Source: a virus
Reading direction: 5' to 3' (one strand)
Virus record (IMG/VR): IMGVR_UViG_3300013286_000725
Coordinates: 1-64,000 of that record
DNA length: 64,000 bases
Below the pieces are notes generated by a model, which saw only the letters and a program-made list of their open reading frames with translations, made no database searches and was not told where the DNA came from. The stretch's first letter is position 1. Each line of letters begins with the position of its first letter. Of this stretch, positions 30,095 through 39,654 are shown piece by piece. The translations under genes and the position numbers were made by a program.

Positions 30095-31224
30095 GATTAA
30101 AAGAACTGTATGAGGCAGTGGCTGGGGTAGGTCGTAAATATCAGCACATTGAAGACCTAGTGTTTACCAATGGATCTACTGGCGGACTACATGCTATTGA
30201 AAGACTGCGCCATATGACACAAGCAGGCGGCAACATTGAATTAAAATGGGACGGAAGTCCTGTGGTCTATTGGGGCAAGGATGATCAAGGCCGTTATAGC
30301 CTGATACCAAAAAATGCCTGGGAATACCTAAAGCGTGGCAAGACTGAAACTGCCGACGGTACCAGTACTGTAATGAACTCGGCCGAAGATGTTCGCAATT
30401 TTATTTTGAAGACTGGCAAAGTAAAACCAGGTGAAGAAAAACAAAGACAAAACTATGCTAAGAAAATGGCCGACCTTTGGCACTACTTTTCTGACGCTAG
30501 TCCTCCAAAAGGGTTTATAGAAGGCGGTATCTTGTTTAGTCCAGAAAAGCCTGCTGTGCTTAATCCCAAAACAAAAGAATACGATTTCACTCCCAACATT
30601 ACCAGTTTTCATATTCCCAAAGACAGTGAGTTAGGCAAGAGCATTGGCAAAGCCAAAGTAATGGTAGCGGCTACAGGTTTTTATCCTACCTTGGGCAGCA
30701 GTGACGAACAGCGTTTTCCCAATGCAGAGCAACTGTCCACAGGCACTGTGATTGTGCAAGGTACAACTTATGTTGAGCAACCTCCACAAACTGACGGGAG
30801 AGGATTAGACTATGCTGAACAGTTTATACAACAACACGCTGCAGAGATAGACGGATTTTTACAAGGCCAGCCCGGATTAACCAAACCCGGTGATGTGTTA
30901 TACAAATTCTTTAATCAAAATTTGCGTGTGGCCGGAGTCAAACAAAAGTTTGTTGACTGGGTCACTCAGAACTTGTCAGCGGGCCAGGCAGAAAAAGTTA
31001 TTCGAGATCCTAGAATTAATGTTGTACTTGATGCTGTTGAAATGTTAACTGCTGAGAAAATGAAAATTATTGGCGAGCTGAGCCAAGGTACACACGGCAA
31101 CATTAGACAAACTAAACCTGAGGGATATGTACAAGCGCATCCTGGCACAGGTTTTAAAAATGATTTACCTGGACAATTTGTCAAAGCAATTGATCAAGCC
31201 AATTGGGCTCCGAGGAAAGACTAA
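30091..31224 (+). CDS. Ligase-like nucleotidyltransferase-fold protein
   Basis: KWDGSP (motif I KxDG) and EGYV (motif IV-like); N-terminus MRLKELYE. Confidence 0.55.
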   Translation: MRLKELYEAVAGVGRKYQHIEDLVFTNGSTGGLHAIERLRHMTQAGGNIELKWDGSPVVYWGKDDQGRYSLIPKNAWEYLKRGKTETADGTSTVMNSAEDVRNFILKTGKVKPGEEKQRQNYAKKMADLWHYFSDASPPKGFIEGGILFSPEKPAVLNPKTKEYDFTPNITSFHIPKDSELGKSIGKAKVMVAATGFYPTLGSSDEQRFPNAEQLSTGTVIVQGTTYVEQPPQTDGRGLDYAEQFIQQHAAEIDGFLQGQPGLTKPGDVLYKFFNQNLRVAGVKQKFVDWVTQNLSAGQAEKVIRDPRINVVLDAVEMLTAEKMKIIGELSQGTHGNIRQTKPEGYVQAHPGTGFKNDLPGQFVKAIDQANWAPRKD

Positions 31225-32657
31225 TGCTACTAAGAGAATTATTAAACAGAACCGGAGAAGGCAAGTCCGCAGTAGTAGGATGGGGTCGAGGTATGGGGCA
31301 TCGTGGACATATGATGTTGGCCAGTAGTGTTATTACACAGGCTGACGAAACAGATGCCGATCCTTACTTTGTTGTTAGTCGTACTGTAGGTAAAGACGAT
31401 CCTATTACACCTGACGAAAAAATGGACATCTATAAAAAGGTATTTCCCAAACATGGCCATATTTTCCATACAGCCACAGACGAAATGCCCGACCTGACTC
31501 GAGTGTTAACCAAACTAGCCGATCACGGATATACAGATGTAACTGTTGTTGTAGGTGCTGACCAAGTCAAAGCACTAAGTTATGTAAAAAACTATAACGG
31601 TACTCCAAATAAAGCAGGCGAGATTCCCTACAATTTTGACACATTAAATGTTATTGCTCGTCAAGAAACTAACGACCCTAGTCGAGAAGAAGAAGGTCCT
31701 CGTGCTACGCCAATGCGCAGTGTGCTGATGGATCCCAAAGCTAGTGAAGAAGAAAAGTTTGCCGCATGGCGCGATGCTATGAGTCCAGAACTAAGTGATG
31801 ACGAAGTCCGTGATTTGATGGCCAAAGCACAGACTCGTATGAGTGATCCTGCATTTGGCAAGAAGACAAAAGCCGTGGCAGAAGACGACCTCATGGAAGG
31901 TCCAGAACTTGCATCTACACTTAAACACATTGTAGACAACGGCAAGTACATCACACAGGTATACGACAATTTAAAACAGATGGCCAAGAAGTTTGTTGAC
32001 AGCCGCGGCGACCTAAAAGGTTTTGCCATGATGGCGGGCGGTGTTGGTAGTCGTTGGTATAATGATTTTTACTTTAACAAATTACAAACAGAGCTGTATG
32101 CGCTAACCAAACAATCATCCAAGTATGCTAGCGACTTGCATGTGTTCTTAAAAAGTTCTACCGAAGATCGAGATAGAAAAATCAGCTTTACTGAAATCAG
32201 CAGATCACTTCCGCCTATCCTATACAAAATGGGACAGCGTATGGGTAACAAAGAGTTATCACATTTTGCTGCCAGCTGGAATAATCGTAGACAAGATTAC
32301 GAAGCATACTTGGATCAAATTGAAGCAGAAGCTGGTATGGATGATGACAGTGGCTATTATGAGCCTAAAATTAAACCAGAACGCGATCATACTAGCGGCA
32401 AACAAAATGCACAAGCAGATACATTGATTAATCAAGCAATTAAAGATCATGTTCCCGTCAGCCATCAGGGTGAAGTTAGAAATATGATTAATAAATTGCC
32501 CATGAATAGCAGATTTGCCGCACTAGAAAAAGCAATTAATAAATTTAAAGCAGTGGAAGAAGAAGCAGCTGGTGTTGGCATTCTTACTAAACAAAATACC
32601 ACTGCTGATGTAGGTCCAGGTACATTAGGAAAAATGTTAAGAGCATTTAAATTATAA
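31224..32657 (+). CDS. HxGH nucleotidyltransferase (cytidylyltransferase-like) fused to extra modules
   Basis: VVGWGRGMGHRGH, VVVGADQ, RATPMR; N-terminus MLLRELL; start at 31224 (TAATG). Confidence 0.6.
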   Translation: MLLRELLNRTGEGKSAVVGWGRGMGHRGHMMLASSVITQADETDADPYFVVSRTVGKDDPITPDEKMDIYKKVFPKHGHIFHTATDEMPDLTRVLTKLADHGYTDVTVVVGADQVKALSYVKNYNGTPNKAGEIPYNFDTLNVIARQETNDPSREEEGPRATPMRSVLMDPKASEEEKFAAWRDAMSPELSDDEVRDLMAKAQTRMSDPAFGKKTKAVAEDDLMEGPELASTLKHIVDNGKYITQVYDNLKQMAKKFVDSRGDLKGFAMMAGGVGSRWYNDFYFNKLQTELYALTKQSSKYASDLHVFLKSSTEDRDRKISFTEISRSLPPILYKMGQRMGNKELSHFAASWNNRRQDYEAYLDQIEAEAGMDDDSGYYEPKIKPERDHTSGKQNAQADTLINQAIKDHVPVSHQGEVRNMINKLPMNSRFAALEKAINKFKAVEEEAAGVGILTKQNTTADVGPGTLGKMLRAFKL

Positions 32658-32872
32658 TGGATGAACTTGACTATATAAAAAAATTAGCCGGTGTTACACC
32701 ATTTCCAGGTCTTAAAGAATATTCTATCAATGACGGAAGTAATGTTAGTGTTACTGGAAATCAAAAAGCACAGCTGATGAAACAACACGATATTAGGCCG
32801 GGAACTAAAGAGTGGTTTAAGTTATGGTTTAGTCGACCATACCTAACGGGCGAGAAGCCAATAGGAGACTAA
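32657..32872 (+). CDS. Small hypothetical protein
   Basis: MDELDYIKKLAG start; IRPGTKEWFKLWF. Confidence 0.6.
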   Translation: MDELDYIKKLAGVTPFPGLKEYSINDGSNVSVTGNQKAQLMKQHDIRPGTKEWFKLWFSRPYLTGEKPIGD

Positions 32873-32873
32873 G

Positions 32874-33506
32874 ATGAGTTTTGAATTTGATTTTACAGTT
32901 GAAAAATTACATAACTGTGTACACAAGAATAAAGAAATTAATTTATGGTACAATGCCATGACAGAATACTTGCCTAAGTTTGAAATTACTACGCCTGCCC
33001 GTGTTGCAGGATTTGTGGCACAATGTCAGCATGAAAGTGCAGACTTTACTGCGCTACAAGAAAACTTAAACTATGGTGCAAAAGGATTAATGAGTATTTT
33101 TAAAAAGTACTATCCAGATGAAGCACTGGCCAAGGCACATGAGCGCAAGCCAGAGTTGATTGCTAATCGAGTATACAGCGGCCGAATGGGCAATGGTACA
33201 GAAGCATCAGGCGATGGATGGAAGTTCCGTGGTCGTGGCATATTACAACTAACTGGTCGTGCAAACTATACACAGTGCAGTCGTGATTTGTTTGGAGATG
33301 ATACTCTAGCACAAGATCCAGATTTGTTACGCACACCTGAATATGCTATATTAAGTGCCTGCTGGTTCTGGCACAAGAATAGTCTTAACGCTATTTGTGA
33401 CAAAGGCGATATTGTATTGCTTAGTAAAAAGATCAACGGTGGTACTATTGGTTTAGAAGACCGTATCAGTCACTGGAATATTGCTTTAGATCAATTTGAA
33501 GAATAA
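32874..33506 (+). CDS. Glycoside hydrolase family 19 endolysin
   Basis: AQCQHES, RGRGILQLTGRANY, SACWFW, KINGG. Confidence 0.9.
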   Translation: MSFEFDFTVEKLHNCVHKNKEINLWYNAMTEYLPKFEITTPARVAGFVAQCQHESADFTALQENLNYGAKGLMSIFKKYYPDEALAKAHERKPELIANRVYSGRMGNGTEASGDGWKFRGRGILQLTGRANYTQCSRDLFGDDTLAQDPDLLRTPEYAILSACWFWHKNSLNAICDKGDIVLLSKKINGGTIGLEDRISHWNIALDQFEE

Positions 33507-33507
33507 T

Positions 33508-34320
33508 ATGTTTTTAAGAGAGCTAACAGAAAACTTTGCAGACGGTCGCAATCCAGAACATAAGGGCGACAGTCGTAGACACGGCATTCCTAAACATGCC
33601 AGTCTAAAGTCATTAGATAAAATTGCACATCAAGGCGGACGCAAAGGACAGCTGGCTCATTGGCAAGCTAACATGCGCAGAGGTAGAATGAAGGAAGACA
33701 TTGACAGTCCAGACCTTGTTGATATACTGGCTAAATTTTTACCTTTCTGCATGAAGTCATTAGAACTAAAACAGTTGCCTAAGATCAAATTAGAAAAGCA
33801 GATAAATGCAGGACCACAGCCTACCTTTGGCATGTTTGATCCAGATGCTAGTACAATTACACTAGGCATTAGTAATCGTCATCCTTTGGATATTATTCGA
33901 ACACTGGCTCACGAACTAGTACACTATAGACAAGCTGTTGAAAATAGGTTAAATGACGAAAGTGGTACTACAGGCAGTGATGAAGAAAACGAAGCCAACG
34001 CAGGTGCTGGTATATTACTGCGTAGTTTTGGCAAACAACATCCGGAATTTTTTGCGGTAAAGCCTATATCACTCAGTGAGGAAATGATGAGAATACAAGA
34101 ACTAGTACAAGAAGATGCCACCGCAGGCGGAACAAGTGCAGGAGCAATTGCCACTGTGCCTAATCCGCATGTGGCCATTGGAAATGTTAAAAAATATGGA
34201 AAAGGTGCGTCTGCAAAGCCACCTAAGGCAGCACAGGCTTTAAACAAAGACGGCACTGCTAAAAATGCCCTAGATTTGCCAGGCGCAAGTTTAATGGGCG
34301 GCAAGTTACTGAAACGATAA
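33508..34320 (+). CDS. Modular protein with HExxH zincin domain, putative head cargo
   Basis: MFLRELTE start; LAHELVHYRQ...ENEANA. Confidence 0.6.
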   Translation: MFLRELTENFADGRNPEHKGDSRRHGIPKHASLKSLDKIAHQGGRKGQLAHWQANMRRGRMKEDIDSPDLVDILAKFLPFCMKSLELKQLPKIKLEKQINAGPQPTFGMFDPDASTITLGISNRHPLDIIRTLAHELVHYRQAVENRLNDESGTTGSDEENEANAGAGILLRSFGKQHPEFFAVKPISLSEEMMRIQELVQEDATAGGTSAGAIATVPNPHVAIGNVKKYGKGASAKPPKAAQALNKDGTAKNALDLPGASLMGGKLLKR

Positions 34321-34345
34321 ATATAAAGATATTGGAGAATTCGCA

Positions 34346-35632
34346 ATGCAAGACACTTTTAACCAACACCCAGATGATCACGAAGCAAAAATGGCGCGTG
34401 CTGATCTATTTAAATGCGCACAGTACAGCTTTAAACTATTCAAAATGATCCACGAGGACATGGAACTTGAGGGCTGGGTACAGGCCAAGATTACCAAAGC
34501 CGCTGACTATATTGCTAGTGTATTCCACTACATGGAATACGAGATGAAGATCAGCGAGTACGGTGACAACTTAGAAAATGCAGACATGTACTCAGAAAGT
34601 ATTCGTCGTGTGTTTGAGCAGAAACTGATGGAAGCTAAAACAAAAGCTGCCAAAGTTAAAGCTATGGAGTCTAAGTGTTCAGGTTGCGGCAAGCCGATGC
34701 CCAAGTGCTCATGCGATGATAAAATAGATGAAGAACGCAGTTCAACTGGTGGTGAGATTACAAAGACCAAAACAGGTCTACGCCATGCACACAATCCAAA
34801 TCGTTTCAGTGACGAGCCACATGCAGAACCTGCAAGCAAGGTCAAATCAAAATCTGCAGCAGAAAAGGCAAGCGACCGAGCTATGGACAAAGCAGACGAG
34901 AAAGACTCAAAAGCATTTGGTAAAGCTAACCCAGGCAAGCAGACTATCATGAAGGGTGGTGTAAAAACTACTAACGAAGGTGTTACTGACCACAAGCCAT
35001 GTCCGCCAATGTCGCATGTTAAGAAAATGTGCCAAGATGGAAAGAGTGTAGCAGAAATTTGCAAAATGCATCCAGATTGTGATCAAAAAGAACTAAAACA
35101 AATGGTAGCTGATTGCAAAAAGAAATTGTCAGAGAGTGCCAAGCCAGATTTCCTAGACATGGACAAAGATGGCAACAAAAAAGAAACAATGAAGAAAGCA
35201 GTTGCCGACAAGAAAGCAGGTCCCAAGAAAGGTGTCAATCCATTTGCTAAAGTAAAAGAAGGAATGGCTCCTATGGATCCAGACGGTGCCACTGCGCCTC
35301 CTCCAAAAGGTAAAGACGGACAGTACCCTATTGTAACATCGGGACCACACAAAGGCAAGCGTTGGAGTCCTAAAACTCCAGGACCAACAAATGCAGCATT
35401 TAAAGAAGCTGCTGCCAAGTGCAATCACTCACCAAAGGGCAAAAGTTGCCCAGTTCATGGTCTAAAAGAATGCAGTGGCATGTATGAAGGTGACAAATTT
35501 GATCCGTTGAAGCATGTTAAGAATCCTACACAAGGCGAGAAAGATGCTGCCAAAGATGTCAAGCGCGGTAGCTACGCAGATCGTGCAGCCATGTTAAAGT
35601 CAGCAGAAGCTGACGGTCGTTTAAAGAAGTAA
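34346..35632 (+). CDS. Lys-rich modular protein, putative internal head polyprotein
   Basis: TAAATA at 34318; short modules bounded by hydrophobic-x-Glu sites. Confidence 0.6.
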   Translation: MQDTFNQHPDDHEAKMARADLFKCAQYSFKLFKMIHEDMELEGWVQAKITKAADYIASVFHYMEYEMKISEYGDNLENADMYSESIRRVFEQKLMEAKTKAAKVKAMESKCSGCGKPMPKCSCDDKIDEERSSTGGEITKTKTGLRHAHNPNRFSDEPHAEPASKVKSKSAAEKASDRAMDKADEKDSKAFGKANPGKQTIMKGGVKTTNEGVTDHKPCPPMSHVKKMCQDGKSVAEICKMHPDCDQKELKQMVADCKKKLSESAKPDFLDMDKDGNKKETMKKAVADKKAGPKKGVNPFAKVKEGMAPMDPDGATAPPPKGKDGQYPIVTSGPHKGKRWSPKTPGPTNAAFKEAAAKCNHSPKGKSCPVHGLKECSGMYEGDKFDPLKHVKNPTQGEKDAAKDVKRGSYADRAAMLKSAEADGRLKK

Positions 35633-35636
35633 ATGT

Positions 35637-36407
35637 ATGGACATGCGACGAATTCTACAAGCAGTTGACAGTTCAGCATCAAAGCCTGTAGAAGGCGGCG
35701 AGACTATGAAAAAGTTTATGACCATTGTTGAAGGCAAGAGTTCTAGTAACAGACTAACTACTGCCGAATCAATGGTAATTGAACAACCCGCTATTGTTAC
35801 ACGCAAAGAAATAACTAGTCCAGTATTGAATGTTGCTAAAGATGCTAGCCCCAGCATGATTGGCAAATACTTTAAAACTATAGAACAAGAACTCAAAGAG
35901 GCTGAGGATCGCACACGGGATCGTACCAAGCAATTAGCTGAGCGTGTGGCCAATAAGATCAACAACCAACGCATTGCAGAACTAAGCACTGACACATTGG
36001 CCAGTTATAAAAAGAAAGCAGGTGCAGATGCCAAAAAGGCAGATGCAGATGGCAACTATGCTCGTGGTGACAAGCGTTTCAAAGGTATTAACAAAGCTAC
36101 CAGCAAACAGTTTGACAACGATCTCAAAAAACATGGTCAACAAAGTATGTCGGAAGCAGAAGGTACACCAAGTGGTGTTGCACACCTGACCAAAGAGTTG
36201 TTGACACACATTGTACAACAATCTGGTAAAGAAGGTGCTCACGCTGTTGTCAAAAGCCTAGAGTGGGGCGACGGTGCTGCCAAAGAACTTTTACATTTGC
36301 TAATTAGCGATCTTAAAGACGATATCGCAGGTATGGATGAAGCAGTTAATCCAGCACAACAAGCAGCCATTGCCATTGCAAAGAAGAAAACGGCAGGTAA
36401 GAAATAA
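35637..36407 (+). CDS. Modular putative head protein
   Basis: MDMRRILQAV start; modules ELSTDTLASYKKKA and EAVNPAQQAAIAIAKKK. Confidence 0.6.
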   Translation: MDMRRILQAVDSSASKPVEGGETMKKFMTIVEGKSSSNRLTTAESMVIEQPAIVTRKEITSPVLNVAKDASPSMIGKYFKTIEQELKEAEDRTRDRTKQLAERVANKINNQRIAELSTDTLASYKKKAGADAKKADADGNYARGDKRFKGINKATSKQFDNDLKKHGQQSMSEAEGTPSGVAHLTKELLTHIVQQSGKEGAHAVVKSLEWGDGAAKELLHLLISDLKDDIAGMDEAVNPAQQAAIAIAKKKTAGKK

Positions 36408-36850
36408 TGGATGAATTAAAACAAGCATTGAAAGTGGCATTTGCCAGCGAATATTCATTTGCGATTAAAACACAGAACTTTCACTGGAATGTTGAAGGCA
36501 GTGATTTCTACGAACTACACTTGATGTTTGAGAGAATTTATCTTGAGGTATACGGAGCCATTGATCCATTTGCTGAAAATATTCGTAAACTAGGTTCATA
36601 CACTCCAGCTAGCTATAGCAGATTCAGTATGTTAACTGAAATTGATGACGAGACACAGATACTTGCGCCCGGTGCAATGGTAAGTGAATTACTCGGTGAT
36701 AGCGATAAGATGGTTAAATTATTGAAGATGGTGTATGATGCAGCCGAGAGAGAAGGCGAGCACGGATTAAGTAATTTCCTTGCCGAACGCATGGATGCAC
36801 ATCGAGGACATAGTTGGATGTTGAGGGCAACACTAAAGAATTCACCTTAG
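36407..36850 (+). CDS. dps: Dps (ferritin-like DNA-protection protein)
   Basis: HWNVEG...LHLMFE...IDPFAENIRKLG, C-terminal WML. Confidence 0.88.
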   Translation: MDELKQALKVAFASEYSFAIKTQNFHWNVEGSDFYELHLMFERIYLEVYGAIDPFAENIRKLGSYTPASYSRFSMLTEIDDETQILAPGAMVSELLGDSDKMVKLLKMVYDAAEREGEHGLSNFLAERMDAHRGHSWMLRATLKNSP

Positions 36851-36931
36851 GACCGGTACTCGTTACCGTAATGTGAATAGGCGGCTGCTGCCTGTACAAA
36901 CGATTCGCTACCGTGGAATACCAAGTGAGCA
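36849..36931 (+). ncRNA. Candidate structured RNA, family unassigned
   Basis: GC-richer intergenic stretch with stems cggta/taccg and aggc/gcct and possible loop-to-3'-tail pairing. Confidence 0.35.
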
Positions 36932-36957
36932 TGAACAATTAAAATTGGGGTTATTAA

Positions 36958-38961
36958 ATGGATATCAGATCATTAATCAGTGTGTTAGAAAACATTGAAA
37001 GTTTAAATCGAGCACCTGTTGTGGAGGCTGAAGATCCAGCGGCCGTTATTGCCAAATATACAGATAAACCCGATATGCCAGCATACATTGACAGTAAAGA
37101 CGGCAAAGTCAAATACATGGATAACAATATGGATCGTGGCAGGGCCGGACAAGCTAAAGTTATGCCTACAGATTGGATTGAGCGTTATGCGCCGGATCTA
37201 GCTGCCGCATTAAGAGCACAAGGTGGTAACCAACAAGGTTACGGTGCTCAACAAAAGGGCGGATTGTTTGGCATTAAAGGTCTTGGTAATTTTGATCAAG
37301 GAACTACTGTTAATACTAAACAAGCCGGTGCCGATGCTAGTAGTAAATCATACAAAGCAGACAAGTTAAAGCAATTAAGTGATCTAGTAGCTAAACTAAA
37401 TGCAGAAGGCGGTGGCAACACTGATCCTACTGTTGGTAAGGTAGACTACAGTCTAGGTGGCGGAAGCTCACCTGGTATGAAATTAAAAGAAAGCATTCTT
37501 CGTGAATTTGGTTACGAAGTTGATGAAGGCGGCATTACATTAGGTGCTGATGGAAAAGTTGACCCTAACGGACATACTCCAGAAAAACAAATGGCATTGA
37601 GCAAAATGGTCGGCGACAACATGAATGCCGCCGCGGGTAAAGATGCAATTATTAAACAAATCCAAGCCATTATGGCCGAACTTGGCCAATCAGACCAAGC
37701 ATATGCTACTGATCCAGATGTTATCAAAGCATTAGGTATTGCACAAAAAGCTATCGATGCTGCTAGCAAGAAACCAGATGCGGCAAAACCAACAACAGAT
37801 ACTCCGGTAGCTGGCAAACCAGATGCAACTGCAGCTGCCAATTCCAGTGGAGAAGCTGTTGGAAAGAGTCTTCAAAGATTTAAAGAATTATTGGCCAAGG
37901 CAAGCGAGCCTGCAACGGCAGCAACACCTACGGCTCCAGCAAAAGAAAACATATCTTATTTCTTAGAAAAGATGAGAGTGTTAGAGTCGCAATTAAATGA
38001 AGCGTTAACTCCTGACGAACAAAAAGAATTAGATCAGTTGGCACAATCATATGGTGACAGCGAAGATCCAGAAATTACAGGATTACTAAAGCAATATGGC
38101 GATGCTAAGAATGCCGCATTAAATGCTACTCCCGGTTCTAAACCTACATCTACAACAGCCACTAAGAAGAAATCAATGACTCCTGTTGATCCAAAGGTAC
38201 AAGCATTGCAAAACGACATTTTGGCAATTGATCCAAAAGCATTGCCTAAATACGGTGCCGACGGGCGTATGGGCAGTGAGACACAGACTGCTATGAAAGA
38301 TGCAAGATTCAAAGTTGCACTGGACAAATACAATGGTGATGGCTCTACTGCAACTAAACCTAGTACTGGTGCCGCGGGCGGTGCAAGTGCTGTTCCAGCA
38401 GATGCTAGCACAAAAGAACCATACTGGGTAAATGGCACACGCTACGAATATAAAATGTCAGGTGGTGGACGAGGTCAGGCAGCTACTGGAAAATGGGAAC
38501 CAACGGCTACGCCAACTGATAAACTTCAATGGAATAGCACACGAGCTCGTTCTATGGCCAAGTACACTGGGCCAGACTCTGCATATGGTAAAACAGATGC
38601 TGCCAATCCAACTGATACTACTGCCGCTGAACCAACGGCATCTACTACCGCAACTAAGCCTGCAACTACAACTTCCAATCAATCGGTATCCGGAACATTA
38701 AAAATGGGCAAGGCAGATGGCTCAATTACCTATAATGGTAAGACTGTAAATCCAGGTGATCCAGAATATGCTACAGCTGAACAAGCTCTTATTCGAGCAC
38801 AAGGAAAGTCTCAACAAGCTAGGACAAGGCAACCAAATAACCCTGCGTTAGCTAGTACACCTGTTCAGCAAGGTGCATCACAACAAAAAGATATTGATTT
38901 TGAAAGTGTTGTTAGAGAAGACAATGCTATCTTAGCAATGATCCGCGGTATTAAAGTCTAA
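36958..38961 (+). CDS. Large modular protein with peptidoglycan-binding-like domain
   Basis: MDIRSLISVLENIE start; VQALQ...GADGRMGSETQTAM PG-binding motif; Ala/Thr/Pro linkers. Confidence 0.6.
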   Translation: MDIRSLISVLENIESLNRAPVVEAEDPAAVIAKYTDKPDMPAYIDSKDGKVKYMDNNMDRGRAGQAKVMPTDWIERYAPDLAAALRAQGGNQQGYGAQQKGGLFGIKGLGNFDQGTTVNTKQAGADASSKSYKADKLKQLSDLVAKLNAEGGGNTDPTVGKVDYSLGGGSSPGMKLKESILREFGYEVDEGGITLGADGKVDPNGHTPEKQMALSKMVGDNMNAAAGKDAIIKQIQAIMAELGQSDQAYATDPDVIKALGIAQKAIDAASKKPDAAKPTTDTPVAGKPDATAAANSSGEAVGKSLQRFKELLAKASEPATAATPTAPAKENISYFLEKMRVLESQLNEALTPDEQKELDQLAQSYGDSEDPEITGLLKQYGDAKNAALNATPGSKPTSTTATKKKSMTPVDPKVQALQNDILAIDPKALPKYGADGRMGSETQTAMKDARFKVALDKYNGDGSTATKPSTGAAGGASAVPADASTKEPYWVNGTRYEYKMSGGGRGQAATGKWEPTATPTDKLQWNSTRARSMAKYTGPDSAYGKTDAANPTDTTAAEPTASTTATKPATTTSNQSVSGTLKMGKADGSITYNGKTVNPGDPEYATAEQALIRAQGKSQQARTRQPNNPALASTPVQQGASQQKDIDFESVVREDNAILAMIRGIKV

Positions 38962-39279
38962 TCAGTGCCACTGCCCTTGATAGCAGTGGCGCATTTCATG
39001 CCCTATGTCATGTTGAGTAGGGTTTTTCTTTGTGATAATAGTACAACTGTTCTTTTCAACTTCCCAGAAGCTACAAGCATCAACAGTATAACCTAGAGTT
39101 TTACCGTCACGCTTTTTGATTTCTGCGGCACAGGCCTTTTGAACATTATCCACAGGTAGCCAAACAATAGTCATTGACTGCGTCTTGTTAGACTTAGTAC
39201 TAAATGGCAGTTCAGGATTGTCCCAATTTGCGTGAGCAAAATTAGACACCAATGCTAGTATCAAGAGTGTGTGTTTCAT
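38962..39279 (-). CDS. Secreted protein with HExxH motif
   Basis: Signal peptide MKHTLLILALVSNFAHA; GHEMRHC; minus-strand TTGGCA-17-TATAAT 6 nt upstream of ATG. Confidence 0.6.
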   Translation of the reverse strand: MKHTLLILALVSNFAHANWDNPELPFSTKSNKTQSMTIVWLPVDNVQKACAAEIKKRDGKTLGYTVDACSFWEVEKNSCTIITKKNPTQHDIGHEMRHCYQGQWH

Positions 39280-39285
39280 ATTGTT

Positions 39286-39363
39286 ATTATACTGCCAAAA
39301 CGCATAATTGCCAACTAGTTTGGTAATATTATTTTTGACATAGCTCATTTGTGGCTATATAAT
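39286..39363. promoter_or_regulatory. Divergent sigma70 promoters
   Basis: Minus: TTGGCA (39314-39309)-17-TATAAT (39291-39286); plus: TTGACA (39335)-17-TATAAT (39358). Confidence 0.7.
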
Positions 39364-39384
39364 AACACATTATTAGGAGAAACC

Positions 39385-39654
39385 ATGTCAACTCGCATGT
39401 ACGGACCAGAAGAAAAAGCCAAACTTGAACGACTAATTAATGAAGGATCTACTGTTCTTCGTGAAATCGAGGACCTTAAAGAAGGACTCAAAGAAACCGT
39501 CAAAGCAGTAGCAGAAGAATTGGAAATCAAACCTGGTGTTATTAACAAAGCTATTACCATTGCACATAAAGACAATTGGAAAGCTCACGAAACCGAATGG
39601 GCAGATGTTGAAATGATTTTGGGTGTTACTGGACATTTGCCAGAAGACAAATGA
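39385..39654 (+). CDS. Small dsDNA-binding protein (T4 DsbA/GapR-like)
   Basis: 89-aa helical protein LERLINE...IEDLKEGLKETVKAVAEELEIKP; RBS AGGAG. Confidence 0.55.
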   Translation: MSTRMYGPEEKAKLERLINEGSTVLREIEDLKEGLKETVKAVAEELEIKPGVINKAITIAHKDNWKAHETEWADVEMILGVTGHLPEDK

